Notes under the pieces: generated by a model | What the model was told of the DNA's origin: nothing | The model's database searches: none | The model's input: the letters and a program-made list of their open reading frames with translations, nothing else | Shown here: one piece after another, positions 38,769 through 47,540 of the stretch | Layout of the letters: each line of letters begins with the position of its first letter | Numbering within the stretch: position 1 is the stretch's first letter | Position numbers and translations under genes: made by a program | Source: Alphaproteobacteria bacterium | Lineage (GTDB): Bacteria > Pseudomonadota > Alphaproteobacteria > Caedimonadales > UBA1908 | DNA length: 64,000 bases | Assembly (NCBI GenBank): GCA_021298595.1 | Contig: JAJTHL010000005.1 | Coordinates: 5,651-69,650, forward strand | Reading direction: 5' to 3'

Positions 38769-39206
38769 ATGATCAGAAAAATCACCAAAGCTCTCTTATG
38801 TGCTTCTCTCATCAACGTTATGCCTTTTGAAGGGGCCAGCGCCATCTCTTTGTCCGATCTCAGCGAGGTTTTAAGCTCTGCCAAAAGCAAAGGCGCTCAT
38901 TTCGTTTGCGCCAAGGCGGACGCCCTCAGCCTAGATTTTACCCTGCGGTCTTTTGATGGTGACCTTTGTGAGGACCCCACCATTGCCGCCATCACGCAGA
39001 TTGTGTGCCCCGGTGCCGTGGACGACTTCAAAGGATCTCACTGTGATGTGAAAGGATTAACGGCGCTAGGCGGGCAGGAACCCTTAACAGTTATTAAAAA
39101 TAATGTTGTCAAAGCTGCCGTTGAAATTAAGTCCTTGGCATGCCTTGTGGCGCCCATTGCGCCTCCACCTGCTGATGCGGCTCTGGGCGTTGCTTGTGCT
39201 GGATAA
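38769..39206 (+). CDS. Hypothetical small secreted cysteine-rich protein
   Basis: Signal peptide ending in ASA. Six Cys in the mature part. GAAGGAA RBS. No recognisable domain. Confidence 0.5.
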   Translation: MIRKITKALLCASLINVMPFEGASAISLSDLSEVLSSAKSKGAHFVCAKADALSLDFTLRSFDGDLCEDPTIAAITQIVCPGAVDDFKGSHCDVKGLTALGGQEPLTVIKNNVVKAAVEIKSLACLVAPIAPPPADAALGVACAG

Positions 39207-39216
39207 CCAAGCCTAT

Positions 39217-39242
39217 CTAGGGTCTGCCTGGGCAGACCCTAG
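39217..39242. terminator. Hairpin between convergent genes (possible bidirectional terminator)
   Basis: CTAGGGTCTGC-ctgg-GCAGACCCTAG, a perfect 11-bp stem. It overlaps the parE stop and has no clear T run. Confidence 0.45.
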
Positions 39243-41248
39243 ATATCGATACTCAGGGCAAGGCTCGCATTATTCTGGATATAGCAAAAGCGCTTTTCAG
39301 CCTTTCGCCCCATAAGGTTTTCAATAAACTCCTCGATCTCCACCAAAGCCTCGGGATCTTTGGGATTCAAGCTCACAAGGTTTTGTGGCAACACCACGCG
39401 CAGAAGCGTCCTGGTTTTAGGGTCCATGGTAGTTTCTTTCAAATGTTGCCATGACATTTCACCAAGACCTTTGAAGCGACTAATTTCCACTTTTCCCTTG
39501 GTGAAGGTTTTTTTCAAAATGTCTTCTTTGTGGGCGTCATCCCGGGCATAAACGGACTTACTGCCCTGGGTCAGGCGGTACAAGGGCGGAAGGGCCAAAA
39601 ACACATGGCCTTTTTCAAGGATGGGACGCATCTCCAAAAAGAAAAACGTCATGAGAAGAGAAGCAATATGGGCCCCGTCTACATCGGCATCGGTCATGAT
39701 AATCACGCGGTGATACCGCAGGTTTTCGGGATGACACTTAGTCAGTCCCCCACCACAGCCAAGAGCTTTGGCAAGATCGGTGAGCTCTTGATTTGCAAGC
39801 GCTTTATCCGTGGTCGCAGCTGCGACGTTCAAAATCTTTCCCCGGAGCGGCAAAACCGCCTGGGTTTTGCGATCGCGCGCCTGCTTGGCAGAACCACCAG
39901 CTGAGTCACCCTCTACCAAGAATATCTCGCATTCTTCGGGGTCTGTACTCATACAATCAGCAAGCTTACCTGGAAGACGAAGGCGTTTTGTCACGCTCTG
40001 GCGCGCAGTTTCCTTGGCTTGGCGACGTTTAAGGCGTTGATCCAGGCGCTCGCTCACATGATTCACAAGGGCCTCTGCCACGTCCTTACGCTCGCTCAAC
40101 CACTGATCAAAGCGGTCCTTGAGGGCCGCCTCCACAAGGCGCGTAACGCCTGCACTCACAAGTTTTTCTTTGGTTTGGCCTTGGAATTGGGGCTGCTTGA
40201 TAAAGGCCGAGATAATGACCGTGGCGCCACCAAGGCAGTCATCGGCTGTAAATTGGCTGGCGCGCTTGTTGCTCAGAAGCTCACCGTACCCACGAAGAGA
40301 ACGCATCACCGCCTGGCGAAACCCTGCCTCGTGGGTCCCCCCCAAAGGGGTCGACACCGTATTACAATAAGACGTAAAAAGGCCGTCTTCCCACTCGGGC
40401 CAGGCAACCGCCCACTCGATTCGCCCTTCTCCTTCTGGAAACTGAACGTCACCTGCAAAAAAATCAGGCGTCACAAGCGCCTTCTCTCCTAAAGACTCGC
40501 CCAGATAATCGGCAAGCCCCCCTGGAAAGTGAAAACGATCTTCCGTTGGGACCGGATCTCCTGTGTCGACAAAGGACGGATCGCACTGCCAGCGAATATC
40601 CACCCCCTTAAAAAGATAGGCCTTCGAGCGAATCATCCGGTACAGGCGCGCGGGCCTTAAGCGCGTCCCCTCATCAAAAATGGTCATATCAGGCATAAAA
40701 CTAACACACGTACCGCGACGATTATGGACAGGACCCACTTGCTCGAGGGCAGATGTGGGGGCGCCCTTGCTGTAGGTTTGGCGGAAAAGATGCTTTTGAC
40801 TCACCACTTCAACGATTAAAAGTTCTGACAAAGCGTTCACCACGCTCATCCCCACACCGTGAAGACCACCCGATGTTTCGTAGGCCTTGCCCGAGAATTT
40901 ACCGCCCGAGTGCAAGGTGGTCAGAATCACTTCCAGGGCCGACTTATCAGGAAACTTGGGGTGAGGATCAATGGGAATACCGCGCCCGTTGTCGCGTACA
41001 CTGACCATCCCGTCGGCGGCAATATCAATTTCGATGCGTGTGGCGTGTCCGGCAACGGCCTCGTCCATGGAGTTATCCAGGATTTCGGTCACAAGGTGAT
41101 GAAGGGCGCTCTCGTCGGTGCCACCAATATACATACCGGGCCTGCGCCGGACAGGCTCGAGCCCCTCAAGGACTTCGATATCCTTGGCCGAATAATCTTC
41201 GTCCATTTTCCTGGCGGCAGATTTAAAGAGATCACTCATGTTCTTCAT
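39239..41248 (-). CDS. parE: DNA topoisomerase IV subunit B (start at MKNMSDLF; ATG 41239 is also possible)
   Basis: GHKL ATPase N-terminus (YSAKDIEVLEGLEPVRRRPGMYIGGT), a Toprim domain (EIFLVEGDSAGGSAKQ), and PLRGKILNV. No GyrB-type insertion. Confidence 0.9.
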   Translation of the reverse strand: MKNMSDLFKSAARKMDEDYSAKDIEVLEGLEPVRRRPGMYIGGTDESALHHLVTEILDNSMDEAVAGHATRIEIDIAADGMVSVRDNGRGIPIDPHPKFPDKSALEVILTTLHSGGKFSGKAYETSGGLHGVGMSVVNALSELLIVEVVSQKHLFRQTYSKGAPTSALEQVGPVHNRRGTCVSFMPDMTIFDEGTRLRPARLYRMIRSKAYLFKGVDIRWQCDPSFVDTGDPVPTEDRFHFPGGLADYLGESLGEKALVTPDFFAGDVQFPEGEGRIEWAVAWPEWEDGLFTSYCNTVSTPLGGTHEAGFRQAVMRSLRGYGELLSNKRASQFTADDCLGGATVIISAFIKQPQFQGQTKEKLVSAGVTRLVEAALKDRFDQWLSERKDVAEALVNHVSERLDQRLKRRQAKETARQSVTKRLRLPGKLADCMSTDPEECEIFLVEGDSAGGSAKQARDRKTQAVLPLRGKILNVAAATTDKALANQELTDLAKALGCGGGLTKCHPENLRYHRVIIMTDADVDGAHIASLLMTFFFLEMRPILEKGHVFLALPPLYRLTQGSKSVYARDDAHKEDILKKTFTKGKVEISRFKGLGEMSWQHLKETTMDPKTRTLLRVVLPQNLVSLNPKDPEALVEIEEFIENLMGRKAEKRFCYIQNNASLALSIDI

Positions 41249-41325
41249 TCCCAGCTGATGGAGGCCCTTTCCAAGACATCTCGTCAGGCCTATAGTAGAG
41301 CATCCGCTTGACAAGAGACAACCAA

Positions 41326-41520
41326 ATGCACACAGTTCTTACTTATCTAACAGGTGCCGCCCTTATTGCAACAGCCTTTGTGCTGGTCATGGGCCTTTTC
41401 ACCATGGTGACGAAAGACCACAAAAGCGAGCGCAGTAATAAATTAATGCGTTGGCGCATAGGGCTACAGGCAGCAGCTTTGATTATTTTCTCCCTTCTTT
41501 TACTTTCGAGGCATTCTTAA
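41326..41520 (+). CDS. Twin-transmembrane-helix small protein (HIG1 domain)
   Basis: Two TM helices flank SERSNKLMRWRIGLQ, the conserved HIG1-type motif common in alphaproteobacteria. Confidence 0.7.
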   Translation: MHTVLTYLTGAALIATAFVLVMGLFTMVTKDHKSERSNKLMRWRIGLQAAALIIFSLLLLSRHS

Positions 41521-41521
41521 A

Positions 41522-42115
41522 ATGGTACAACTCACCCGCATTTACACCAAAGGAGGCGACAAAGGAAAGACGTCCCTTGGAAACGGCGCGCGCTTGCCCA
41601 AAGAGCACCCACGATTGCAGGTCATCGGCAGTGTGGACGAACTTAACGCCGCTGTTGGCGTTGCGCGCACATTTATGGCAAACACTCCTCAAGACGAGAT
41701 GCTGGCCCAAATTCAAAATGATCTCTTTGATGTGGGGGCGGATCTTTGTGTCCCTTTCCAAGAGGATGCGCCGCCTTGCCTTCGTCTAGACGGGGGACGG
41801 GTCGCGTCTTTGGAGAAAGCTCTTGACGCGCTTAATGAAAGCTTGACCCCTTTAACGTCTTTTGTCCTGCCGGGCGGCACCCAAGCGAGCGCCTTTGTGC
41901 ATCTCGCGCGCACCATTGCCAGACGCGCTGAACGCGATCTGTGCGCCTTCTTAAAAACAGAACCAGCCCCAAGTGCGGACGTTCACGCGGGCGTTCTCAC
42001 ATATCTAAACAGGCTTTCAGATTATCTTTTTGTACTCGCGCGTGCCCTGAACGATCAGGGACGCGCCGACGTTTTATGGCAACCGGGTACGCTTGTTGGC
42101 AGCGCCTCCTCTTAA
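41522..42115 (+). CDS. ATP:cob(I)alamin adenosyltransferase, PduO/MMAB type
   Basis: N-terminal IYTKGGDKGKTSL and VIGSVDELNAAVG. Confidence 0.85.
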   Translation: MVQLTRIYTKGGDKGKTSLGNGARLPKEHPRLQVIGSVDELNAAVGVARTFMANTPQDEMLAQIQNDLFDVGADLCVPFQEDAPPCLRLDGGRVASLEKALDALNESLTPLTSFVLPGGTQASAFVHLARTIARRAERDLCAFLKTEPAPSADVHAGVLTYLNRLSDYLFVLARALNDQGRADVLWQPGTLVGSASS

Positions 42116-42573
42116 AGGGGCCACGCTTTCACGACGTGTGACGGCTCTTCCCAGGGAAACACAACCCAGCAGTCTTGAGGGACTTCTTTGACAAAGGCGT
42201 CTACAAAGGGGGCGCCTTGGGGCTTTGCGTACAAAACCACAATGCGTGCGTCAGGCCTTTGGGCGCGCACCAGCGCCGCTGTTTTTCCCGAATCGACCAA
42301 GTCATCCACCACCAAGTAAAGCCCCTCCCCTTGGGGACACGCCTTTAAAAGTTTTAGCTCCTCCTGGGCATGATCATCGCTATAACTTGCAAGACAGCAC
42401 GTATCGATAAGGCGAATATCAAGAAGCTGGGACAACAAAAGGGATGGCGCAAGACCGCCGCGCGCCACCGCCACGATTCCTGTAAAAGGGCCGGCATCTC
42501 TTAATTTTTCTGCCAAATGCTCGCAGTCTTCGTGGAATTGTTGCCAAGACACATACCATTTTTGCGCCATCAA
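42112..42573 (-). CDS. gpt: Xanthine-guanine phosphoribosyltransferase
   Basis: 153 aa and collinear with E. coli Gpt: YVSWQQFHEDCEHLAEKL, AVARGGLAPS, and the PRPP loop VVDDLVDSGKTA. Confidence 0.85.
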   Translation of the reverse strand: MMAQKWYVSWQQFHEDCEHLAEKLRDAGPFTGIVAVARGGLAPSLLLSQLLDIRLIDTCCLASYSDDHAQEELKLLKACPQGEGLYLVVDDLVDSGKTAALVRAQRPDARIVVLYAKPQGAPFVDAFVKEVPQDCWVVFPWEEPSHVVKAWPL

Positions 42574-42701
42574 AGGCTCCTTTTTTTGCTTCCAAAAAAT
42601 TATTTTACTTTTTTTGACGCGCTCACGCCAGATCCCTCTCCCCTTAGGACGCGCCTCGCGCTATGATACCGTTCATGAGCACAAAATGACGGATACCCCC
42701 T

Positions 42702-43784
42702 ATGTTGGACACACAGCACCTTCCCCCCCTGCATCCAGCCCTCCCTCCTCGTAAAAAGGGAATCCTTCTCATTAACCTTGGCACACCTGACTCTACCTCT
42801 TGGTGGGATATTCGCCGCTATTTAAGTGAGTTCTTGTCTGATAGACGCGTCATTGAACTCTCCCCTCTTTTGTGGCAACCCCTTTTGCAACTGATTATTT
42901 TGACTTTTCGCCCCCATAAAACGGCCCACGCCTATAAATCCATTTGGAAGATGGACACCAATGAATCACCCCTTCGGTATTACACGAGAGCGCAATCGGA
43001 AAAACTAGGCGCGTTATTTCAAGAAGAAGATCAAAATGTGGTTGTCGAGTGGGCCATGCGTTACGGCACGCCCTGTGTTTCCTCGCGCCTGGATCTCTTG
43101 CAAGCACAAGGCTGCCAAGAGATTATCGTGGTACCTCTTTATCCCCAATACTGCGCCGCCACAACCGCCAGTGCCTGTGACGCCGTTTTTAGAGCGCTTT
43201 TGAAAAAAAGATGGCAACCAAGCGTGAGCGTTGTTCCGCCTTATCACGATCATCCCGTGTACCTTGACGCCCTAGAGGAGAGCGTTCGCGCCCACTTTAA
43301 AACCCTTGAGTGGACCCCCCAAACCCTCCTTGCCTCTTTCCACGGCATGCCCTTGGAATCCCGCGAGAAGGGTGATCCGTATGCGTGTCACTGCGATAAA
43401 ACCGCAAGACTTTTAAGGGAACGCTTTGAGGCAGATCCCTTTGGCTTTGACCGCACCTTTCAATCGAGGTTTGGCCCCAAAGCTTGGTTGCAACCCTACA
43501 CGGACGTTGTCTTACAGGCGCTACCGTCCCAAGGTGTCACACGTGTCGCCCTTGTGACACCGGGCTTTGTCTCGGACTGTGTGGAGACCCTTGAAGAGCT
43601 TTCCCTTCGGTACAAGGAGGTCTTTATGACCGCAGGCGGGACTCATTTCACCGTGGTTCCTTGCTTGAACGACTCTCCTGCCATGATCACCCTTCTGGCA
43701 GCGCTCACACGGCCCTTTTTACCGGAAACCTCTTCGGCAAGGGTTCTCGCCTTTAAGCCTACGAGACCCCAAGTGACTGCCTAA
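42702..43784 (+). CDS. hemH: Ferrochelatase
   Basis: GILLINLGTPDS, RYLSEFLSDRRVIE, and PLYPQY. Confidence 0.9.
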   Translation: MLDTQHLPPLHPALPPRKKGILLINLGTPDSTSWWDIRRYLSEFLSDRRVIELSPLLWQPLLQLIILTFRPHKTAHAYKSIWKMDTNESPLRYYTRAQSEKLGALFQEEDQNVVVEWAMRYGTPCVSSRLDLLQAQGCQEIIVVPLYPQYCAATTASACDAVFRALLKKRWQPSVSVVPPYHDHPVYLDALEESVRAHFKTLEWTPQTLLASFHGMPLESREKGDPYACHCDKTARLLRERFEADPFGFDRTFQSRFGPKAWLQPYTDVVLQALPSQGVTRVALVTPGFVSDCVETLEELSLRYKEVFMTAGGTHFTVVPCLNDSPAMITLLAALTRPFLPETSSARVLAFKPTRPQVTA

Positions 43785-43911
43785 CCATTTTATGATTTCA
43801 AGGAAATATTTCTTTGCGCGCCTATATAATCACTGAACGCCAAGCCGTTTTTTATACAAGAAACTTAAGGATTTGTTAATGAAACGTAAAAGAACTTGAC
43901 TTTTTTTCACG

Positions 43912-43926
43912 TTAATGTTTTATTAA
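43912..43926. promoter_or_regulatory. Perfect TTAA-N7-TTAA (CtrA-type box) upstream of carD
   Basis: TTAAtgttttaTTAA, 34 nt upstream of ATG 43960. Confidence 0.2.
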
Positions 43927-43959
43927 CTTGTGATTTTTTATATGGGGGGAAATGCACAT

Positions 43960-44463
43960 ATGTCTCAGCTAGCTTCTTTTTCTGGTGGTGAGTTTGTTGT
44001 TTATCCGACACACGGTGTGGGAAAACTTGAATCAGTGGAAACACAACAAGTAGCCGGCCTTGAGCTTAAGGTGCTCGTGATTACCTTTCAAAAAAGTCGC
44101 ATGACCCTTCGCCTTCCCATGGCCAAAGCACAATCTGCAGGCCTGAGGCGTCTTGGTTCCAGAGAAGACCTTGATACAGCGTTTTCAACTCTCACTCGAC
44201 GCATTAAAGCTAAAAAAGGCGTGTGGGCACGACGAGCCCAAGAGTATGAGTTGAAAATCAACTCTGGAAATTTGACATCGGTTGCTGAAGTTCTCTGTGA
44301 ACTTTATCGCTGCAAAGATGACCGCGCCGAGCAATCGTACAGTGAGCGTCAGATTTACCGCTCTGCTCTAGAGCGTCTATGCGCTGAAGTCGCCCTCATT
44401 GAAGCCATCGACGAAGACAGTGCGGCCCAACGCGTCGAGGACGTTCTCGCACGCGCAGCCTAA
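43960..44463 (+). CDS. carD: CarD/CdnL-family RNA-polymerase-binding regulator (start at MSQLASF)
   Basis: The Tudor-like N-terminus FSGGEFVVYPTHGVGKLESVE, and a 167-aa length. Confidence 0.85.
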   Translation: MSQLASFSGGEFVVYPTHGVGKLESVETQQVAGLELKVLVITFQKSRMTLRLPMAKAQSAGLRRLGSREDLDTAFSTLTRRIKAKKGVWARRAQEYELKINSGNLTSVAEVLCELYRCKDDRAEQSYSERQIYRSALERLCAEVALIEAIDEDSAAQRVEDVLARAA

Positions 44464-44494
44464 AGTCGCGTTTTATCATTTTTTATCTCCACTG

Positions 44495-44523
44495 GCCCGG
44501 AATTTTTTCCGGGCTTTTCTTTT
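44495..44523. terminator. Rho-independent terminator between convergent carD and the LuxI-like ORF
   Basis: GCCCGGAA-tttt-TTCCGGGC followed by TTTTCTTTT. Confidence 0.7.
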
Positions 44524-45055
44524 ATTGAAGGTTGGGGGTTGAGTACATGGCAAGAACAAGGTCCTTTTCTGCGTCAATCATCAGCGTTTTGGAAAACTCC
44601 ATCCCTCCAAAAAACTCCATGTCTTCAATTTCATTTCTTGTATTCATAAAAAGAAGCAGACCGATTTGAAACCGGGCACAGGCGTGGGATAGCGCCCCCT
44701 TAAGGGCTTGATAATAGTATTTGCAATAGTGTTCAAATAGCTCCGGTTCGCTTTGATTTGACGCTTCTGTTGACGTATTAAAAAAAACGGAACTACACTC
44801 CCAAATACAGGGCTGAACGTAAGTGTCCACATCTTCTTGTAACATATCAATAACAGCGTTGCGGGTGGTCATAGGGTTAAGTCTGATTCCCCCGTGTATG
44901 CCTGTTTCGTTGTCATTTAACAGTAAATAAACGGAGTCTTTGTGGTCATAGACGGTGTCATCGAGATACAAAGCGTCTTGCTCACGCTTTGTGAACATTT
45001 CCATAAGATCTTGGTTGTGCATTGATTTATTTTGGGCATCAATGATTATAAACAT
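44522..45055 (-). CDS. Divergent LuxI-like (autoinducer-synthase-fold) protein; function uncertain
   Basis: Strong GGAGGA RBS. By-eye collinearity with LasI/TraI blocks (LMEMFTKR, YDHKDSVYLLLN, GGIRLNPMTTRNAV, IWECSSVFF). The conserved Trp block and the Arg of ESSR are missing. Confidence 0.35.
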   Translation of the reverse strand: MFIIIDAQNKSMHNQDLMEMFTKREQDALYLDDTVYDHKDSVYLLLNDNETGIHGGIRLNPMTTRNAVIDMLQEDVDTYVQPCIWECSSVFFNTSTEASNQSEPELFEHYCKYYYQALKGALSHACARFQIGLLLFMNTRNEIEDMEFFGGMEFSKTLMIDAEKDLVLAMYSTPNLQ

Positions 45056-45289
45056 ATATCCTCCAGCCTTATTTTTTAATCTCTGATTGATTTACTTTAC
45101 ATAGTCAAAAAGCAAATATTTGTGCGGGCTTATATGTCAAAATAATCTATGTATAAGATTTAAAAATAACAAGCCATCAAGAAACTTATACTTAAGTTCT
45201 ATACGGGTAAAAAATTTGGTTGTCAATATAATTGTTTTTGTGTTAACACAATGTTTTTGAGAGTGTGCTTTGACACTCAAGGAATAATA

Positions 45290-46195
45290 ATGGATTTAGA
45301 AGCCCTCAGAATTTTCTATGTGGTCGCTCGCGAGAAGCAGATTACAAGTGCCACACACCAGTTGGGCAAGACTCAACCCGCCATTACTGATAGACTCAAA
45401 CGGTTCCAAAAGGACTTAGGAATCCAGCTTTACGTCGCAGGAAAGCACGGCATTGTTTTAACCCCAAGCGGTGAGCTCCTTTTCCAAAAAGCTCAAAAAA
45501 TTCTTTCCGACGTTGAGAACTTAAAACACTCACTTCTTGTAAAAAATGAAACAACAGGACGTTTGTGCGTCTCGACAACCCATGCGCTTACCTCTCAAGT
45601 TGTGGTCAGAGCGCTCCCTCGGTTTCGTGAGTCTTACCCTGATATTGACTTAACACTTCTGGCTGAAGACAAGCCTGTGGACTTGACTCTGCGAGAATCA
45701 GACGTGCTCATGCGCCCTCATATGGGAGAAATCTCCCATCTTGAACAGCGTTTTTTGATGCGCTTTCACTTAGGACTCTTTGCAAGCCCCGAGTACCTTG
45801 AACGCAACGGCACACCGAAAACAGTTTCAGACTTAGAAAATCATATCTTTCTCTCTTACCCTGAAAATATTGTCCAACCTCACTCGGGTGTAAACTGGCA
45901 TTTGTCTTTGGTTTCAAAGCAAAAACGAGCTCAAATAATCACTAATTCATCTCATACGCTTCAAAAGGCAGCAGAGCTTGGACTTGGCATTCTGTCTCTC
46001 TCAAAAGAGGCCATCACGCTCAACAAAACTAAGGTAATCCCCGTTTTGCCTGATTTAGAAGGCCCTATTGTTGACATTTATTATATTTGCCTTAAGAATT
46101 CCCGCGATGACGCCCGCATCAATGCTTTTTATGATGTGTTAAAAAGTTATCTTGAAGAAAGGGGCTTTCGTGGCAACCAAGATGAACAATCTTAA
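45290..46195 (+). CDS. LysR-family transcriptional regulator (start at MDLEALRIFY)
   Basis: wHTH (LRIFYVVAREKQITSATHQLGKTQPAITDRLKRFQKDLG) plus a LysR substrate-binding domain. Confidence 0.85.
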   Translation: MDLEALRIFYVVAREKQITSATHQLGKTQPAITDRLKRFQKDLGIQLYVAGKHGIVLTPSGELLFQKAQKILSDVENLKHSLLVKNETTGRLCVSTTHALTSQVVVRALPRFRESYPDIDLTLLAEDKPVDLTLRESDVLMRPHMGEISHLEQRFLMRFHLGLFASPEYLERNGTPKTVSDLENHIFLSYPENIVQPHSGVNWHLSLVSKQKRAQIITNSSHTLQKAAELGLGILSLSKEAITLNKTKVIPVLPDLEGPIVDIYYICLKNSRDDARINAFYDVLKSYLEERGFRGNQDEQS

Positions 46196-46216
46196 CTTCT
46201 CTCGAGCATTAGACTA

Positions 46217-47482
46217 ATGCTTTTGGCTTCTTCTCGCAAAAATTTAATTGGGGCACTGTCAGGCAATTTCCTGGAATATTATGATGTAACCTTGTACGGG
46301 TTTTTTTCGGCGCTCCTGGGACCCATCTTCTTTCCAACCCAGGATCCTTTTGTCACCTCTCTCTTAACCCTCACGGCCTTTGCCGTAGGCTATCTCGCAA
46401 GACCCTTTGGGGGGATGTTCTTTGGTTATCTTGGCGATAAATTTGGACGAAAGAAAGCGCTCTCCCTTGCTGTGATTCTCGTCACGATTCCTACCTTTGC
46501 CATTGGTTTGATGCCCTCATATGAAGAAATTGGAATCTTGGCACCGCTTTTAGTCTTACTTTGCCGCATTCTCCAAGGGATCTGCACGGGCGGTGAATAC
46601 CCCGGAGCCGCCGTCTTCATCGCTGAACATAGTGGCCCGCGCCGAAAAGCCCTCTTATGCAGCCTTGTTCCTGCGTCAAGCCTTCTTGGTGCTATTACAG
46701 GGACACTCATAGGTGCACTCTTTGTCCAAGAAGAGATGCCCCCTTGGGGATGGCGTATCCCCTTTCTTATCGGCGGAGCACTCGGCTTTTCTGCTTTCTT
46801 GTTAAGGCGTCAAATTGCAGAAACACACGTTTTTGAAACACTCAGTGAGGTAGCGAAAAGTCCTAATCCCATATGGACCTCTTTTAAATCCCATACCCCG
46901 TTGATTTTGGGGACTGCACTTATCGGCGCGGGGACACTTGTGCCTTTTAATCTCGTCATGGTTTATATGTCCTCATTTATGGAGCACGAAATACTGTCTT
47001 TTTCCACGTCAGAGTCACTTTTGATGACATCGGGGCTTATGACTCTTTTCATGTTGATTTTACCCATTTGCGGGCTTCTCGCTCAAAAATGGGGACGACA
47101 AAAGATGATGATTAGCTCTTGTTTTTTTAACGCCCTTTTAGCTTATCCTCTTTTTTATCTCTCTTATTTTGCCGAATCTTTTTCCCATTTATTTATTTAC
47201 AAAAGCATTCTTGTCATCATATCCGCTGGCTTTGTGGCGCCCACTGTTTCCTACTTTACGGATCTTTTCCCACCGCAAACGCGGTATACAGCGCTTGGCT
47301 TTAGTATCGCCCTTGGAGAGGGTATTGGCGGCGGCACAACACCCCTCATCGCAACATACCTTTCACACACAACACAGAATCCTCTTTCGCCCTCTTTCTA
47401 TCTGATGTTCAGCAGTCTTGTTTCTGTTCTTGGGATTGTCGTGATTGCGCGCACGGTGCACAAACGACACGCTTCAAAGTAG
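46217..47482 (+). CDS. MFS transporter, metabolite:H+ symporter (ProP-like) family
   Basis: GNFLEYYDVTLYGFF, GYLGDKFGRKK, and about 12 TM segments. Confidence 0.85.
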   Translation: MLLASSRKNLIGALSGNFLEYYDVTLYGFFSALLGPIFFPTQDPFVTSLLTLTAFAVGYLARPFGGMFFGYLGDKFGRKKALSLAVILVTIPTFAIGLMPSYEEIGILAPLLVLLCRILQGICTGGEYPGAAVFIAEHSGPRRKALLCSLVPASSLLGAITGTLIGALFVQEEMPPWGWRIPFLIGGALGFSAFLLRRQIAETHVFETLSEVAKSPNPIWTSFKSHTPLILGTALIGAGTLVPFNLVMVYMSSFMEHEILSFSTSESLLMTSGLMTLFMLILPICGLLAQKWGRQKMMISSCFFNALLAYPLFYLSYFAESFSHLFIYKSILVIISAGFVAPTVSYFTDLFPPQTRYTALGFSIALGEGIGGGTTPLIATYLSHTTQNPLSPSFYLMFSSLVSVLGIVVIARTVHKRHASK

Positions 47483-47540
47483 AAACCCTGATTCTGCCCT
47501 CGTGTTCTAGGCCTCACGTCTAAATAGGCACATACTAAGC

